64,000 nt of DNA from Ptychomitrium polyphyllum (GCA_973851085.1 OZ316775.1:5766001-5830000); one strand, 5' to 3'. Shown: positions 23,300-37,962, counted from the first letter of the stretch. The notes: generated from the sequence alone by a model not told the origin. Numbers and translations are program-made.

Positions 23300-24200
23300 A
23301 ATAAGTATTGTAAAACAAGAAAAATGATGAATACAGAAGAGAGGAGTTTTATTTTCTTGCAAAAAACGCAAATTCAGCAATATGGTCCCTACCATGGCTG
23401 GATGTTCTCATTTTCTTGGAAAGCATTTAACATTGTGGTTGTATCTTTCATCCTATATGTCCATAGAGGTTTCTCTGGGCACTTATCAACCTTGTAATTA
23501 AGTTTTTCAAAATACAACACATTTCTCGCTTCCTTCATTACTTCTTTCCATGTTTGATAAAGGGCTTGAAGCAAATTGCATTAAATTGCATGACTTTTGC
23601 TTCCAAATACTTTTTAGAAGTAGATGAGGCCAAAACTACTAAAAAGTTGATATATGGCCAAGGCTCAATCAAAATTTATTTATCTTGTTGGCGTTGAAAT
23701 AGACAATTATTGCACTTCAAAGCTTGAATGATGGCCTCATCAATTGTTTGGAGGTCCAATATGGATAGCAATAAATCCTAAACCTTGTCGCATACATCCT
23801 AATCAATTGACTCATCAATGCTTCTTTTCTCTAATTGATGTTGCATGCAAGTTGTCAAAATTTTGATACATAAATTGACATAGAATGTGGCCCTTGGCAC
23901 AAGGCACAAATCTTAGTAGTTGCAAAGTAGAGCTTGTCATGATCACCAAAAGCATTTGAAAATGCAGCTAAGAATGAATCAAAGTTGCTAAGATGGAAGA
24001 ATTTCTCTTAAAAAGCAGCAGAAACTAAGACAATGATTGTCCTGAGAGCAAAGTTTCCATCAAATTAATGTATGAGGCGTTTGTAAGATACTGTTGAGAT
24101 TAGAACATAGTAGTAAGTTAAACTTGGTTAACAAGGCTTTCAAATTTTGAACACATATTGTTGAACTTCTTTGGAAGGCTGATTTTTAATTCTCTGCGCG
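23300..24200 (-). mobile_element. Decayed Gypsy gag remnant
   Basis: Minus-strand translation near 24190-24030 gives KISLPKKFN..SKF..LVNQV..ETLLSG, like the Ty3 gag seen at 29960-29800. Confidence 0.6.
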
Positions 24201-24799
24201 TTGACATTGAATTCTTAGCTCAACTTATTCCGTTGTCGTGGTGAGAGTGGTAGTTGTAGAAAATATAAGATCTTTTTAGCATCTAAGTGATCAAGGTTAA
24301 GATCCATGAAGATATTATATTTTTAACATCCAATGAAGCAAATATCCAACCTCAAATTTTCCCTCTATGTTGCCTTGACAATCCCGAATGCTAAATATGT
24401 CATAACTTCTAGAAAACTAATCCAAAGCATCTAAAATTTTAACAAGAAATTCAACAAGAAACAAGTTAAGAATAAAACCATTGTCGAGGTAGGTTCAGAC
24501 ACCAAGTCATGAACTTGGTTGACTGGATAAGTTTCAGCTGCTGAACCGGTCCAAGTTTGATTCTTGATGAGTTTGTTGAATAGAACGGCAGCACTTGACT
24601 TAAAACTACTAGCAAAAACGGCAGGTAGGAAAAATTACAGTCAACCAGCCTAATCACTCTGAGCTAAGACAAGATACGGTTCTACCTCCAAAATAAATAA
24701 AAATTGTGGTTTCACCACAACCTTTATTTTAATCTAATTATTTCTTCTTTTTAATACTCTTTTCAAAATATACCAAACAACAAATACTACTCAAGTTTT

Positions 24800-27700
24800 G
24801 AAATATACAGTTAGTTATTCCACGACACCGCTATCCTTTAGAAATATTATTCATGAGACCAATCTATTAATAGTAATATTTAATAACCAAAGTAGCCAAT
24901 TAATATTCAATGTCATTAAGTCTCCATTAAATTCCATCTTTTTAGGACTTTCTTGACTCAAAAAGTACAACTCGTAGATTAATTGGACATCCTATAATAT
25001 AAAAATTCCAGCATGAGAATCTTTAACTATTAAGCTTAAAAAGGAAGATTAAACATCTTATTAATAAAGATCATAAAAGCTCTCTTTATTAGCGCTAGAG
25101 CATTTAAAAGAAGAACAAAGACTAGTATTTTTTTTGCTATGTATGCATCTCCAACGTCCAAAATTGTAGCTTCATCTTCAACCATTCTAAGAAAATATAA
25201 GAAGCTCAACAATGTATTTGAAAAGAAAAATGTAGACATCTTATTAGAACATTGTTCCTACAACTGTGACTTGGTCTTCCAAAACGACGCCCAGCCACCA
25301 TTTGGATTTATTTATAATTTCTTTCAAAACAAACTTTTGACACTAAAGAAGTATATTGATGAAAGCTTACTCAAGAACTTCATTCAACATTCAAAGTCTC
25401 ATGTTGGTGCTCCAATATTTTTTGTAAAGAAAAAAGATCAATCTTTACAAATGTGTGTTAATTACTGTGGCCTCAACAAAATGCCAATGAAGAATCAATA
25501 TCCATGGCCGCTAATATTTGGGCTTCCTTAATCAACTTAGCTAAGAAAAGATCTATATCAAAGTAGACCTAAGACAAGCCTACAATTTGGTGAGCATCAA
25601 AAAAGAAACAAATGGAAGACATCATTTCAAACAAGGTATGGACATTTTGAATATAATGTCAAGCTTTTTGGACTTATCAATGCACTTGCCATTTTCTAGC
25701 ACCTAATGAATGATATATTTCATAAATACCTTAATAATTTTTTCATATGCTATTTAGATGATATCTTGATCTATTCAAAGAATCCAGAGGAATATAAACG
25801 ACATATTTGCATAATCCTATAAAAGCTACAGGATGTCAATTTGTATGAAAAGCTAGAGGAATGTGTATTCCACAAACCTCAACTGGAATTCCTTGGATAT
25901 ATCATCTCTAACAAAGGATTGTTGTTGAATCCAAAGAAACCCAAAGCAATCAATAATTGAATGAGGCTAAAATTGGAACGTGTTGTACAATGTTTTCTTG
26001 GATTTGCAAACTTCTATAGGATCTTCATCAAGGACTATTCTTGAACAGTTGCACCACTCACACAGCTAATATGCAAGGAAAAGCTTGAGTGAGAATCTAA
26101 TGCTCATAATGCATTCTAAAGTTTAAAATAAACTTTAATCACAACTTCTATTCTTGTCCATTTAGATTCTAAACTTTTCAAAGCAATTTTATCTTTAAAT
26201 AGATGCTTCCATCTTTACATTAGGAGTAGTTTTGTCACAAACAAAAAGAGAAGGATTGTCAGATGTTTTTTTAAGGTAGTCAAATTTTGCACCAAAAGAG
26301 AAAGAGGCAGCACACGCTCAACTTAAAGCAACTTTATTGAAGCTCAAACAATTTTGTGTACGCATAACCACCATTTTAGTTCCAATGGATACATCATTTT
26401 TTGACCACATTTGTGTAGCATCTACAAGTGACCTTCTTGTTCTTGATATCAAGCGTCATTCCAACAACCTCCTTGAAGATGTGTTTAAGTTCAAATTTGA
26501 GGACAACCTTCTATACTTTGATGAACGCCTATATATTTCTGAAGGACTAGTCCACCTTTGTATACTTCAAATATGTCATGACTTTCCTGCAGATGGATAT
26601 TTTAGATCAAACAAAACCTTGAACTTCTTCTTGATAGACTTTTAGTGGCCTCAAATGCAAAAGGCCGTTATGGAATTTGTACTCTCGTATGATACCTAAG
26701 CTTGGTCAAAGAATCCTCAACATTGTCCATATGAACTTCTCCAACCATTTTGTGTTCCAAGGTAACTGTAGCCATATACTTCCATGGATTTCATTACAAA
26801 CCTTCTACTGTCAAATTCTTTTTATACTATCTTTGTTGTGGTAGATTGGTTGATCAAGATGGCACATTTAATACCTTGCACGAAGACAATTACAGGAGAA
26901 GAAACTACCACACTTTTCATGGATAATTTCTACTACTATGATAGATTGTCCATCAATATTCTATCAGATTGCGGGCCACAATTTGTATCAAGATTTTGAA
27001 AGTTGCTCTTTGTAATCCTTAATATGAACATAAAACTTTTTTTTGCCTTCTATTTTCAGACTGATGGCCCAAAAACTCAAGTCAATTATATCTTGAAATA
27101 ATATTTGAAGTGTACCATCAATTACCAACAAGATGATTGGACTTCCTACTTAATATCGGCTGAATTTTACTACAACAACATCGATCAAGCTACCACAAAA
27201 CAAATGTCATTCTACTCCAACTATGGACATCATCCAAAGATGGATATGTTACTGCTTCCACGCTCTAAGAATCTAGCAGCAAAGGAATTTGCCATAAGAA
27301 TGGCAGAGCTTCAAGTAACCATGAAGACTCAGCAAGAAAGAGCTCAAGAACAATATAAAACGGCAACAGTTGCAACAAGGAAGAAATAGCCTCTATTCTA
27401 AGTTGATGAGAAGGTGAGGCTCCTTTGACGCAATATATGAACCAATAGGCCATGTGACAAGCTAAACTATCGCAAACTTTGAACCATTTGCAATTGAAAA
27501 ATAAATCAACCATGTTGCATATCATTTGCAATTATCAACACTAATGAAAGTACATCTTGTCTTTCACGTTTCACTTTTAAAAACTTATAAGGAATCAAGT
27601 ATCCCTAAATAAAAGCAACTGCCACCACCTGTGGTCACAATCAACAATCATCATGAATTTAAAGCTGAAAAAGTGCTTGATACATTGATAAGACATGGAA

Positions 27701-28553
27701 AGGTAGAATACTTGATCCATTGGCATAGATATGACAGTATTGAGTGCACATGAAAGCCAACTAACAATCTTGCCAATTCACTAGTAAAAGTTTGTAAGTT
27801 CCATTTACAACATCTATTAAAACCATAAGTAACAGTAGATGGAATAATGGCTTGGTAAAAGTGCGTAACCTTGAATGCTCTTGATGCTTGGGCTTTTAAA
27901 TAGGAAAGAAAGCAACTCTTAGATCATCAAAGCCCCAGACATAATTTAGAAACTAATTGTTTGTAATTTGAAGCTTATCATAGTTTTTTAACATTAGCTT
28001 GATATATTAGATGTAGTCAGTCAAGATGCATACACCATGCCAGTGGTGTCAATTCAACCAAGTGCTTTCTGTTGGCAACCTTGTGATGAAATATAGATTG
28101 GATCAAGAAGATGTCGAAGGATATTGAGCAATAGATTATTGGTAATTTTCTTTGAAGTGGAGCCAAGACTCAAGTAGAAAGAACTCAAGAACAATATAAC
28201 TTGGCAACAGATGCAATAAGGAAGGAACAACCTCCATTCCAAGTTGATGAAAAGGTGTGGTTTTTTTTACGCAAAATAAGGACCAATGGCCTATGTAACA
28301 AGCTAAACTATTGCAAATTTTGGACCATTTGCAATTGAAAAACAAATCAACTACATTGCGAATCATTTAGAACTACCAACATCAATATAGGTATATTTCG
28401 TCTTTTACGTTTTACTTTTGGAAACTTATATGGAATCAAATATTCCTATACAAAGGCAGCCACCACCTGTGGTCAAAATTGATAATCATCTTAAATTTGA
28501 AGTGGAAGAAGTACTTGATTCATGGATAAGACGTAGAAAGCTAGAATACTTGG
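24800..28553 (+). mobile_element. Decayed chromovirus pol (PR-RT-RH-IN-CHD) with a second copy of the IN C-terminus/chromodomain
   Basis: ORF fragments 25139-25531 (RT), 26784-26999 and 27105-27389 (IN) are homologous to copy B, with many stops. Confidence 0.85.
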
Positions 28554-29195
28554 TATTACGGACATAGATCATGCAACAGTCCTTAGAATATTCTAGAACC
28601 TTCTAAAATACTATAATAGCTTCTTAGAATACTTTTAAATGTCTCCATAGCTTTTCTATGTTCTTAAGAAGCTTCCTAAGAAAGTTCCTCCACCTTAGGA
28701 AACTTCCTAGAAAGGTTTTATCATCTCAAGTAACTGTTTAGAAAACTTCTTAGGAAGGTTCCATCATCTTATGAAACTTCCTAAGAAAATTCTTCCACCT
28801 TACGAAATTTCCTAGGAAGGTTCTACCCCTTTAGGAAACTTCCTAAGAAAGTTCCGCTACCTTAGGGGACTTCCAAGGAAGATTCCAACTCCTTGGAAGC
28901 TTCTTAAGAAGGTTCCAATATCTTAGGAAACTTCTTAGAAAGGTTCCCTAGACTTCCAAAACATTCTAAGCCTTGTAGGAAGCTTCTTTAGAAGTATCCT
29001 AGGAGATACAAACGTCATAGTATAAATAGAAGGCAAGACAAGGTATTCCTTAATCTTGCCAACACAAGTTGTGGATCATCTTGAATCCTGCCTTGGTCTA
29101 GTCTTTGTATCAAGTTCTTGTTAATCATTAGCTCTTTGGAAGCTAATTCTTGAGAAATACTTCATTTCTGCTACTTGTTTCTTGTGTCCTTAGCA
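28554..29195 (+). mobile_element. Chromovirus LTR without TSD, joining a + strand chromodomain to a - strand gag
   Basis: TATTACGGAC...TAGCA termini; flanks CTTGG and CTATG differ. Confidence 0.85.
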
Positions 29196-30962
29196 CTATG
29201 ACTAAACAACCTCGTTTTCCAACTCTACCATTGTGTTTTCAGTCTTAAAAGCATATTCCTTAATTTGGCAATTGCGCACTTTATGTCTAGACTTACCACA
29301 ATACAAACATAGGTTTCTTCTTTGACACCTTTCTTTTTCTTCTAGAATTGGGCAGCATCAATTTGCATAGCTTCTAGTCCTTGTGGTCTACTTTCCAATA
29401 CTTTTGAAGAAGTGATTGACATACCTTGATGTATCGGTCACCATCCCAAGCGTTAATTATGACACCTCACAAAGAGTCTATTGTCACATGCTATTGCTTG
29501 CGTGATGAATTTATTCAATATTTCAACCTTTGGCATTGTGAGTAGCAAGTCCTTTAGATTCTTTCTTAAGTCCTATCAAAATCGAGTGATCAAGGCCTTA
29601 TTATTCCAATCAAGGTCGCAAGCTAGTTGTCAAAATTTTGTAACATATGTAGTAGCTAAATGTTGACCTTGTTGTAGACTCTGGATCCTTATTTTAGCCA
29701 CCATCTCTTGGTTGGTGTCTCCAAAGGTAGATGCCAACACTTCCATGAAAGCATTTAACTTGTTCAATAATGATAACTGCTTCTTCATTAATGGTGCAAT
29801 CCACAATAGTACATTGTTTGATAGAAGAGTGGCTACAAATCCTACTTTAAGTTGTCTCATCAGGATAGCAAGATTAATGCAAATTAAAAAAAAACCTTAC
29901 TTATTGAACAAAGCCTTTCAACTTTGATCTTGATCCATTTAACTTTTTTAGCATGCTAATCTTTAACTTTGCATTGTTATGACGTAAGTCTTCTCTTCTA
30001 ATATTTGCTTGTCGCAATCGAACAACTTCTTGAAATAGACTTTGAATATTGCCATTGGATTCTTCAGCTTATCAAGTGTACTACTCTAAATTTTTGGTGG
30101 TGTTGAAGCAAGCGAATTCCGTTCAAACTGTGTTTAATAACTCTTAAAAGCCTGCAATAGTTGCAAACCTATTCTTTGATGTTTCTTGCACGTTATTCAT
30201 TAAAAAAAAATGTGAGAGACAACTAGACTATGAATATCTTCAAAAGAGGGTACTCCGCGTTTTTTGAAAAATTGATCCTTTGTCAAAAGAAGTAATACTT
30301 GTTATTTAGAAGAATTAATTAATTTATGGTGTCAGGTTGGAGGAGGATAAACCGCAACTTCCAAAATGCTATGGAATTCTAAAAAAGAAGGGCAATCCAT
30401 TATTTATTTTTTAATATCTTAGCTTAGACAAAGATGACGAGCAGTCTTACTAAACTAATAGGAATTCAAGAAACAAGAAGCAAAGACAAGGTATTCTCAA
30501 GAATTAGCTTTCAAAGAGCTAATAATTAACAAGAACTAATACAAAGACTAAAGCAAGGCATGATACAATATGATCCACAATTTATATTGGCAAGACTAAG
30601 AAATACCTTGTCTTGCCTCCAATTTATTTTATGATGCTTGTATCTCCTAAGATATTTCTGAAGAAACTTTCTATAAAGTTTAAGAATGTTCTAGAAATTA
30701 ATGGAACTTTTCCAATGAGGTTTTCAAGATGGTGGAACCTCTTTAGGAAGTTTTTCAATGAGGCCAAACCTTCTTAAGAAGCTTCTTAGTAAAATATAAC
30801 CTTCTTAGGAAGTTTCTTGAAGAAATGGAACCTTCCTAAAAAGCTTTCTAAAGAAGTGGAATCTTCCAAGGAAATTTCCTAAAAGACTAGATCAACTATA
30901 GAAGCATTAAAATTATTCTAGAAGGTTCTAAAGACTATGTTACATAATCTATGTCCACAACA
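29196..30962 (-). mobile_element. 5' half of a decayed chromovirus: LTR 30962-~30456, leader, gag
   Basis: Gag fragments (VGFVATLLS..W.APL, QSLQQG, CLYCGKSRHKVRNC) are homologous to 15945-16260. Confidence 0.85.
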
Positions 30963-32596
30963 ATAGATACATCAGTTAAAATTCCATATAAATCTCCTAT
31001 TATTTATATAATTTTCAAAACTTATAAATTATATAAAATGGGACTAATACTTGTTGTTATGGGCCTCATGAGTTATGATACATATATAATGTCATGATTT
31101 CATACAATACATATTTATAATATTCATATTTATTAACCATTATGTGTAGCCCATTCTTAAGTATGCAAGGCACAAGTACCATATGACTGGTGGTAAGAAT
31201 TTACAGATGTAAGCTTAGCAATGTTGTGGACTGTGCACCTTGTGCACCTTGTGAAGAAAAGTGTGACGTTGAGGAAGCTATGAGAGTTTTGAGCTGCTGC
31301 GTTTCTACATTTTATAGCAACTAATTTGGGGTAGGAAAAAATTAATTGAGTGTTAAAAGCATAGCCTTGCAAGAAGTGTCAGTTCTTTGTTGTGTAGATT
31401 GAATATGAGCAAATTATGCATTTGCATCAAACCTTGTGCGTACTGCAAGTGAAGAGCGTGGTAAATACATGTCCTTTTTCTGTAAATGTCTTGCTTCATT
31501 ATGTTGATCCTGCTGGTTTCAAATTTGATTGTTTGTTCCCTGTCCTCTGCCAAGACTACCCTTTTGAGTTGCAGCATATTAATCCTAATTTGCAAGACTA
31601 TTGCCTCCAACCACTGACTCTACACCAAGAGGCTTGTCAAGTTGTTGCAAGTGCATTACACGTCTTTAACTTTAAAATGTGGCTGGGAATTGGAATAAAA
31701 GGTGGGTTTGAAAATTCTGATATGTGCTAACAAAACAAAATGTGTGCAAGAGATTGGTATATGCAAGTGTGCACCAATTTTTGGGATATTGCTTGTACAT
31801 TTTTCTAATGCTTTGGATTGGTTTGTCACAAAACTTCAAATTGCAGAGTTGGATAAAAGGACCATTTAATTATAAACTGTAAGTGGGTTTCTACTGTTGA
31901 GACATTTGGATTAAAATAATTACATATGGACCAAATCAATTTGTATAGCATGGCTTCTTTGTTGCACTGTAAAACTCTTTCTATGTGCTCTTGCTTTTAA
32001 GGTATGCAGAGGTTGCTTACTTTGTGGAATTGTTCTCTTGATTGATCATCCTTTTTGGAGACTATAGGGGTGGTTGAATACAAGGCAATGAATTTATGAC
32101 ATTGTTCAAGTTCCATAGAGATACATATCCTTGAACTTTGATAAGCAACAGTGACCTAGGCCTGCACCAAGATGAAGATTCAACGTTTCTTATGGATTGA
32201 CTTGCCATAAGGTATTTATTGTGCTTATTTTGATGGGACATGGTGCAGAGTGGTGTATAGTTATTTCATTAACCAAATATCTAATTATCACCTCTTTGTA
32301 ACCTATATTACATGATATTATCACATCATACATGTATTACAATCCATGATTCTTGTTGTAATGAGTGATAGTCCTATAATGTAGAACTTATAAATTTTAC
32401 AAATTATGGAAACAAGACAAATCAATGTAAAGAAATCTTGGTGCATATGCATCAAACATTCTAATTATTCAAATTTTTGGTGCATGGTGTCCAGGCTCAT
32501 ATTTGCAGAAGTAAGTAAACAACTTCATCAATTAGCACACAACAATGTTGTGTCGCCATGAATTGGGCAGAGTGTTTGATTGAAATATATTTTCAG

Positions 32597-35500
32597 GCTC
32601 CAGCTAAGGGATGTTCTCCCAAAATGGAAGCATGTGCTGAATGGCAGTGGTTTTGGGTATGCATCCCACAATCCTCTCACCTTTATAAAGAAATTTAAAA
32701 AGTTTGTCATCTTATTTGAAAATAGCTATCAAATGTCACCTGCCAATGCGGCCCAATGGCTTGCTTGAACAAAATTTACCCTTATGGTACATTTGGCAAT
32801 CTCATTCTAAAGAAATACCTTGCTACGATCCACCACTAAGATTATACATGCTCTAAATTCCCCTATTGGCAATGCTAAATGTTCCAAAATTATGAAATAT
32901 TATGGGTTGATCATCTCAGGGTTAAAGTCTTGTGTGTTGGAACAGGAAAAATTCATATGCTTCTACTTTTCATGTTTCTATCCCATGTAATTTACACTGT
33001 TTATGTATTGCATTGATCATAGTGCAAATTTGAGGAAGACAGTCCGAGATCTTATGGCTTGAAGATGCTGGAGAGGTTGCATGAAGGACATGTGAGAGAA
33101 TGGTTATTTGTTGAAATTGGCAATTATAAGGAGGTACATAAGAAGTTGGCATTGTATTTAAATCAGATTAAAGAGCATGCATATATCAAGGTTAGTCAAT
33201 GTTTCAACTTCTTCTCATTCATTTCTAACATTCTTGAAAGTGTAATAATATAAAGATGTTTGTTCTTTGTATTCTATAGTTTATTTGTCTTTCTCGTACT
33301 CAACATATTAATAGAAGGTCCATTAATTGAAGGATATGTTTGATTTTCTCAGCATTCTGCTAGCTATCTTAGTAAATTTAGCGAAGCAAGTACTAATTAT
33401 CTTTCTTAAGCATTAGCATTTTGAGGTCAAGACATACAAGGTAAGATAAGATTAAAAAATTCATGATTTTACAAAGAAATTCAGAAAGTTGGGATCTAAG
33501 ACAGTTGCAAGTTGAGATTTAAATCACTTACTAGGATTATGAAAATTGCTTATAATACTGCCAAACTTTTGTCTAGAGATTTTTAGATCAATACAAATGA
33601 TAGATAGAATTAGATCCTCATTTTGAGAAGCCTTTTTGCATTTTGATCTATTGGTCTACAATTGTACATTCATGGATTATATTTATTACCAGAGATACAG
33701 TATAGCTCCTTTTTTTAAATTGTTCACATTATTAGACCAAGATTTTATGACTAGTAGTTGCTGGCAGGATTTGATTGAGGAAATTGGATGGATTGAAGTC
33801 ACACTGAACCTAAAGAAGAGGTTGATTTCCAACCAAATTGGCAAGAATGGAAAGCCAATGACAAAGCTATCACAATTTGTTTTCTAGAATCAAATTTGAA
33901 CAACTTCCAGATGGGTGACATTGGTAATGGCATTGACATTTCTCTGTAACTTTGATTGGATATAATACATACCATCTCCAATGGTATATAAAGGACCAAT
34001 AATGAATGTAAAATTTTCAATGTTGTGGTTTGGGATACAATAACTCATGATGGTGCAGCTCCTTAGCAGGTGTTATTTGGGATGGATGGCAAAGACAAAA
34101 TCATTGGAATAAATGTTAAAACTGAGAGCTCCATTTGTGGATCTACAGATGCTTCTAAACTAGGCACATCATATTGTTCAATTCCCTCTTCAAAGAATGT
34201 AGAGGACCTTGGAACTCTGATTTACTTGTCTGGTTTAGTCAAGGCTCTACAATGTATGATGCTCCCTTGGCAACAGAGTTTACACCAACAATGGCAAACA
34301 ACACAGAGAATGGTCTCAAATGTAATATTTTGGTCTCTTGGCCTTCTGTTTGTTAAGCTCAAGGAATTCAAGAGGGCGAGTTCTGCACACAACACTCATT
34401 AATTATGTGGGATTTGTCTAATGATGATCCTGCATTTAGGCTCCATACTTTTTTTCCAATAGCCCCTTCACTAGTTGATTCCAGACATGAGGGAGATGGA
34501 TTTGTGACAGAAGTATCCGCATCCTTCCCAAAAATATCACTAATAAGTGAATTTAGAATTATGGGTAATGATAATCAAGGTGTTGATTTGTCCTTGCACT
34601 AAGTCAATTCCAATGATTAGGTTTTGAGATTTTCCAACATAAGTGTTGAAAAGGGCACCAGTACAAAAAGATGGCTTCAAGCTCCCCGAAGGCGTAGAAA
34701 AGCTCTGGTGAGATAAGGGAGGCTGCATCCTTGGTCTGCAGAAAATAGAGACACTTCAAGCAAAAGAACCAAGTTTAATGAGCTATATGGTGATGCATCA
34801 CCATCCACAGAATTGATGGTATGTCACCTACCTTTGCAAAATTAGGATTGCAATGTTTGTTTATTATCTTTCTAATTGGTTTAATGAAGAAAATCCAAGT
34901 TTAAAAGTTATAACTAGGTCATTTTAATTAAACAGACCTTGAACACACCACCATCTTCAGAGAACCTTTTCTCTAAAAAGGGGATTGAAAGACCAGCAAG
35001 CATAGATGTAGCACATGACACTACTATTCTAGAACCAGCACTATTGGCTTGCATAAGTGTGGCAGCTTCCTTCCCCAACACTTCTATTATAGTTGAAAAA
35101 AGGACAAAATCATATTCCATTGATAATAATTGAGCACATTATGGATCACAAAATAGAGGTTCCAATACAAGTTACAAAAAGGTTTCCTGTTACTACTCTA
35201 TGTGGTGGTATTACTCTAAATGGAATACAATGCACTCATAATGTGAAGGATGGATCTGGATTATGGGTGAAGCATACAAAAAGTGATGTGGAACACTAAA
35301 AGAAAACAAATTTAGAAGGCACTCCTTCAAATGGAGGTGCTGCAAATATATTTATAAATAAACACACTTTGGTTGTCTTTTGTTGCTGTGGCAAAACTGT
35401 TGCTAGTAAGTAGTGCACCCAAAATGTAAAAGATGGACAAGTGTATTGCATGAAGTTTGAAGATCAGGCTTGGAATCCTTTTCACAGACACATTGAGGAA

Positions 35501-36700
35501 AGGATGTCTCATGTGACATATCACGAACATGTACCAATTTTGCACTTCCATGTGAGGATTCTTTGTACATTGTAACTCTTCGAGAATGATTCTATAATTT
35601 TTTAATAATCTTTTTATCACGCAAAAGACTTGTTCACCAAGTTGCTAAAGTTTTGATAACAAGTTCAAATGAATCCCTCACTTTTTGTTTTGCATAAAAT
35701 ACCAGGCATTCAAGAAAAAGTCCAATTATTCAGAAGTGTATTATTGTATTCTTCTTTAGTGTTGTATTATTGTTAACAAATTATATAATGCAATCATTTT
35801 AATTGTGTGCAAAGTCAAGAAGGACCTTCTAGGATGGATTTGTAAAGAGGCCAGTAAAGATGTACTATTAGGAGAAACACTCCTTGACTTCCTTGCTAAA
35901 GAGAAAGAGAAATTATGTAAGGATCTCATTGCAAATTGTAAAAAAGTTGACAGAAATTGAAAAGCCCTCTCATTTTTGGAAAACCAAAAATTCTCTAAAT
36001 TGCACAAGATCATGTTTGGATATGAAAAGTAAACAAAATATGTTTGCAAATGATGATAAACACCATGCATTACAGATTGACCTATCATGTTATTTTTCAA
36101 GCAATGGAGGTGGCACTTTTGAATCTTACACATCCTCTGCCCCAGTATGTTTATAAAAATTTTAACATTTTGTACAAATAACATTTTCCAATGAGATCCC
36201 GAGATTCCTTAGGTTTAAATCATTACATGAAGTTCAACCATTTGTCAATAATATTGCCTAATTTTTCCATGTTTGCCATTTTTTTGGCTTTAGGGTTGAA
36301 ATTGAAGCATGTCTAATACTTCACATTTGAATACTAGACTTCGAATTATTTGCTGCTTTGGTTAGGGAATCAAACAAGGAATAGAATCCAACAGGGATAT
36401 ACTAGCATGTGTTCTTTATTCTAAAACATTTATGGATTTATCTTCATTTGGAAAACATTGGAAACAAGACCATAGAAGGGGAGCTTTTTTATTTCAAAAA
36501 GGTATGACATGTTGTGAATATGGGTAAGAGTATACAAACAAGGATAGATTGCTTAGGCATTGGAATCCTAACTCCTCAACACTTCCAGTTAGTGACATCT
36601 AGCCTGCTTGTTTGTGTAATATGTAACTCAATTTCTTTTCCTTTTAATTTCAACCTGCTTTAGATGCATGTTGAAGAGCAAAGACTATGCACGATATTTT
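32597..36700 (+). pseudogene. Intron-containing SUVR5-like (zinc-finger H3K9 methyltransferase) pseudogene; SET domain not seen
   Basis: Read through stops, collinear motifs appear: QPNWQEWK (~33835), two CxGxTxxxxQCTxNVKDGxxxCxK(H) fingers (~35200, ~35385), WICKEASKD..GE.LL....EKEKL (~35835), and C2H2-like ACVLYSKTFMDLSSFGKHWKQDHRRE (~36405) then CVIC (~36612). GT-AG boundaries at ~33191/33352 and ~33441/33767. Recognised from memory of plant SUVR5. It may start as far upstream as ~31400. Confidence 0.6.
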
Positions 36701-37410
36701 AAGAAGAAAATAATGAGACCTATGATCAAGAATTCATATTATTAAAAAGAATTTGGTATACAATTGGAATTTTGCAAGGGCAAAAAAATTGCTCACAAAA
36801 GACTTTTATCTTCAAATATATGTATTGTTGGTGATTCATTAATTATAGAACCAAGCAATAGTAGAATTTTTAATATTAACTGTAAAAAATTGTAGCAAAT
36901 TTAAATGCAAGTAATATAAAAAGATGTTTGTTTTTTTATCAAAATTAGGCAAGCATGGAATAAAACCAAAGAATAAGTTCTTTATAAATGTGGAAGGTGT
37001 AAAAGTCATGTTTCTAAAAAATATTAAGAAAACTCTATTATTTGATTTAAGAACTACCAATTCACCTTTGAGCAAATTATTACCTTTGGCAAAAACATTT
37101 ACTTCTCAATCAAGTGTTATAACTAAATACAAGGTGAGCTCTAAGGTTTAATTGAATGTCTAACAGCAAATGCCTATTTTAACTAATCAACTACTAACAT
37201 TCAACTTTGGACAACTAAAGACAATAAAAAGGAAGAAGAAAAAAAAAAATCAAATAAAAAAATTATAGTTGTGCCACTTATTTTATTACATGCTCAATTA
37301 CCTATTATATTTTGTTCAATTTCTTGTTGCTAATAATTGAGGATGTTAGCAAAAACATAATCAACTTTTAAAAAAATAACAAATTGATGCTACTAAAAAA
37401 AAATAGGAAG

Positions 37411-37962
37411 TGTCACGGACATAGATCATGCAATATAGTCTTTAGAAAATTCTAAAACCTTCTAGTATACTATAATAGCTTCTTAGAATACTTTTAAATG
37501 TCTCCATAGTCTTTCCATGTTCTTAGGAAGTTTCCTAGGAAAGTTCCTCCACCTTAAGAAACTTCCTAAAAAGGTTCTATCGTCTTAGGTAATTTTTGAG
37601 GAAACTTCTTATGAAGATTCCATCACCTTAGGAAACTTCCAAGGAAGGTTCCGATTCCTTGGAAGCTTCTCAAGAAGGTTCCAACATCTTAGAAAATTTC
37701 TTGGAAAGGTTGCCTAGACTTCCAGAACATTCTTAAGCCTTGTAAGAAGCTTCTTTAGAAGTATCCTAGGAGATACAAACGTCATAGTATAAATAGGAGG
37801 CAAGACAAGGTATTCCTTAGTCTTGCCAACACAAGTTGTGGATCATCTTGAATCCTACCTTATTCTAGTCTTTGTATCAAGTCCTTATTAATCATTAGCT
37901 CTTTGGAAGCTAATTCTTGAGAAACACTTTGTTTCTGCTTCTTGTTTCTTGTGTCCCTAACA
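37411..37962 (+). mobile_element. Solo LTR with 5-bp TSD GGAAG
   Basis: GGAAG|TGTCACGG...CTAACA|GGAAG; TATAAATA at 37788. Confidence 0.95.
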
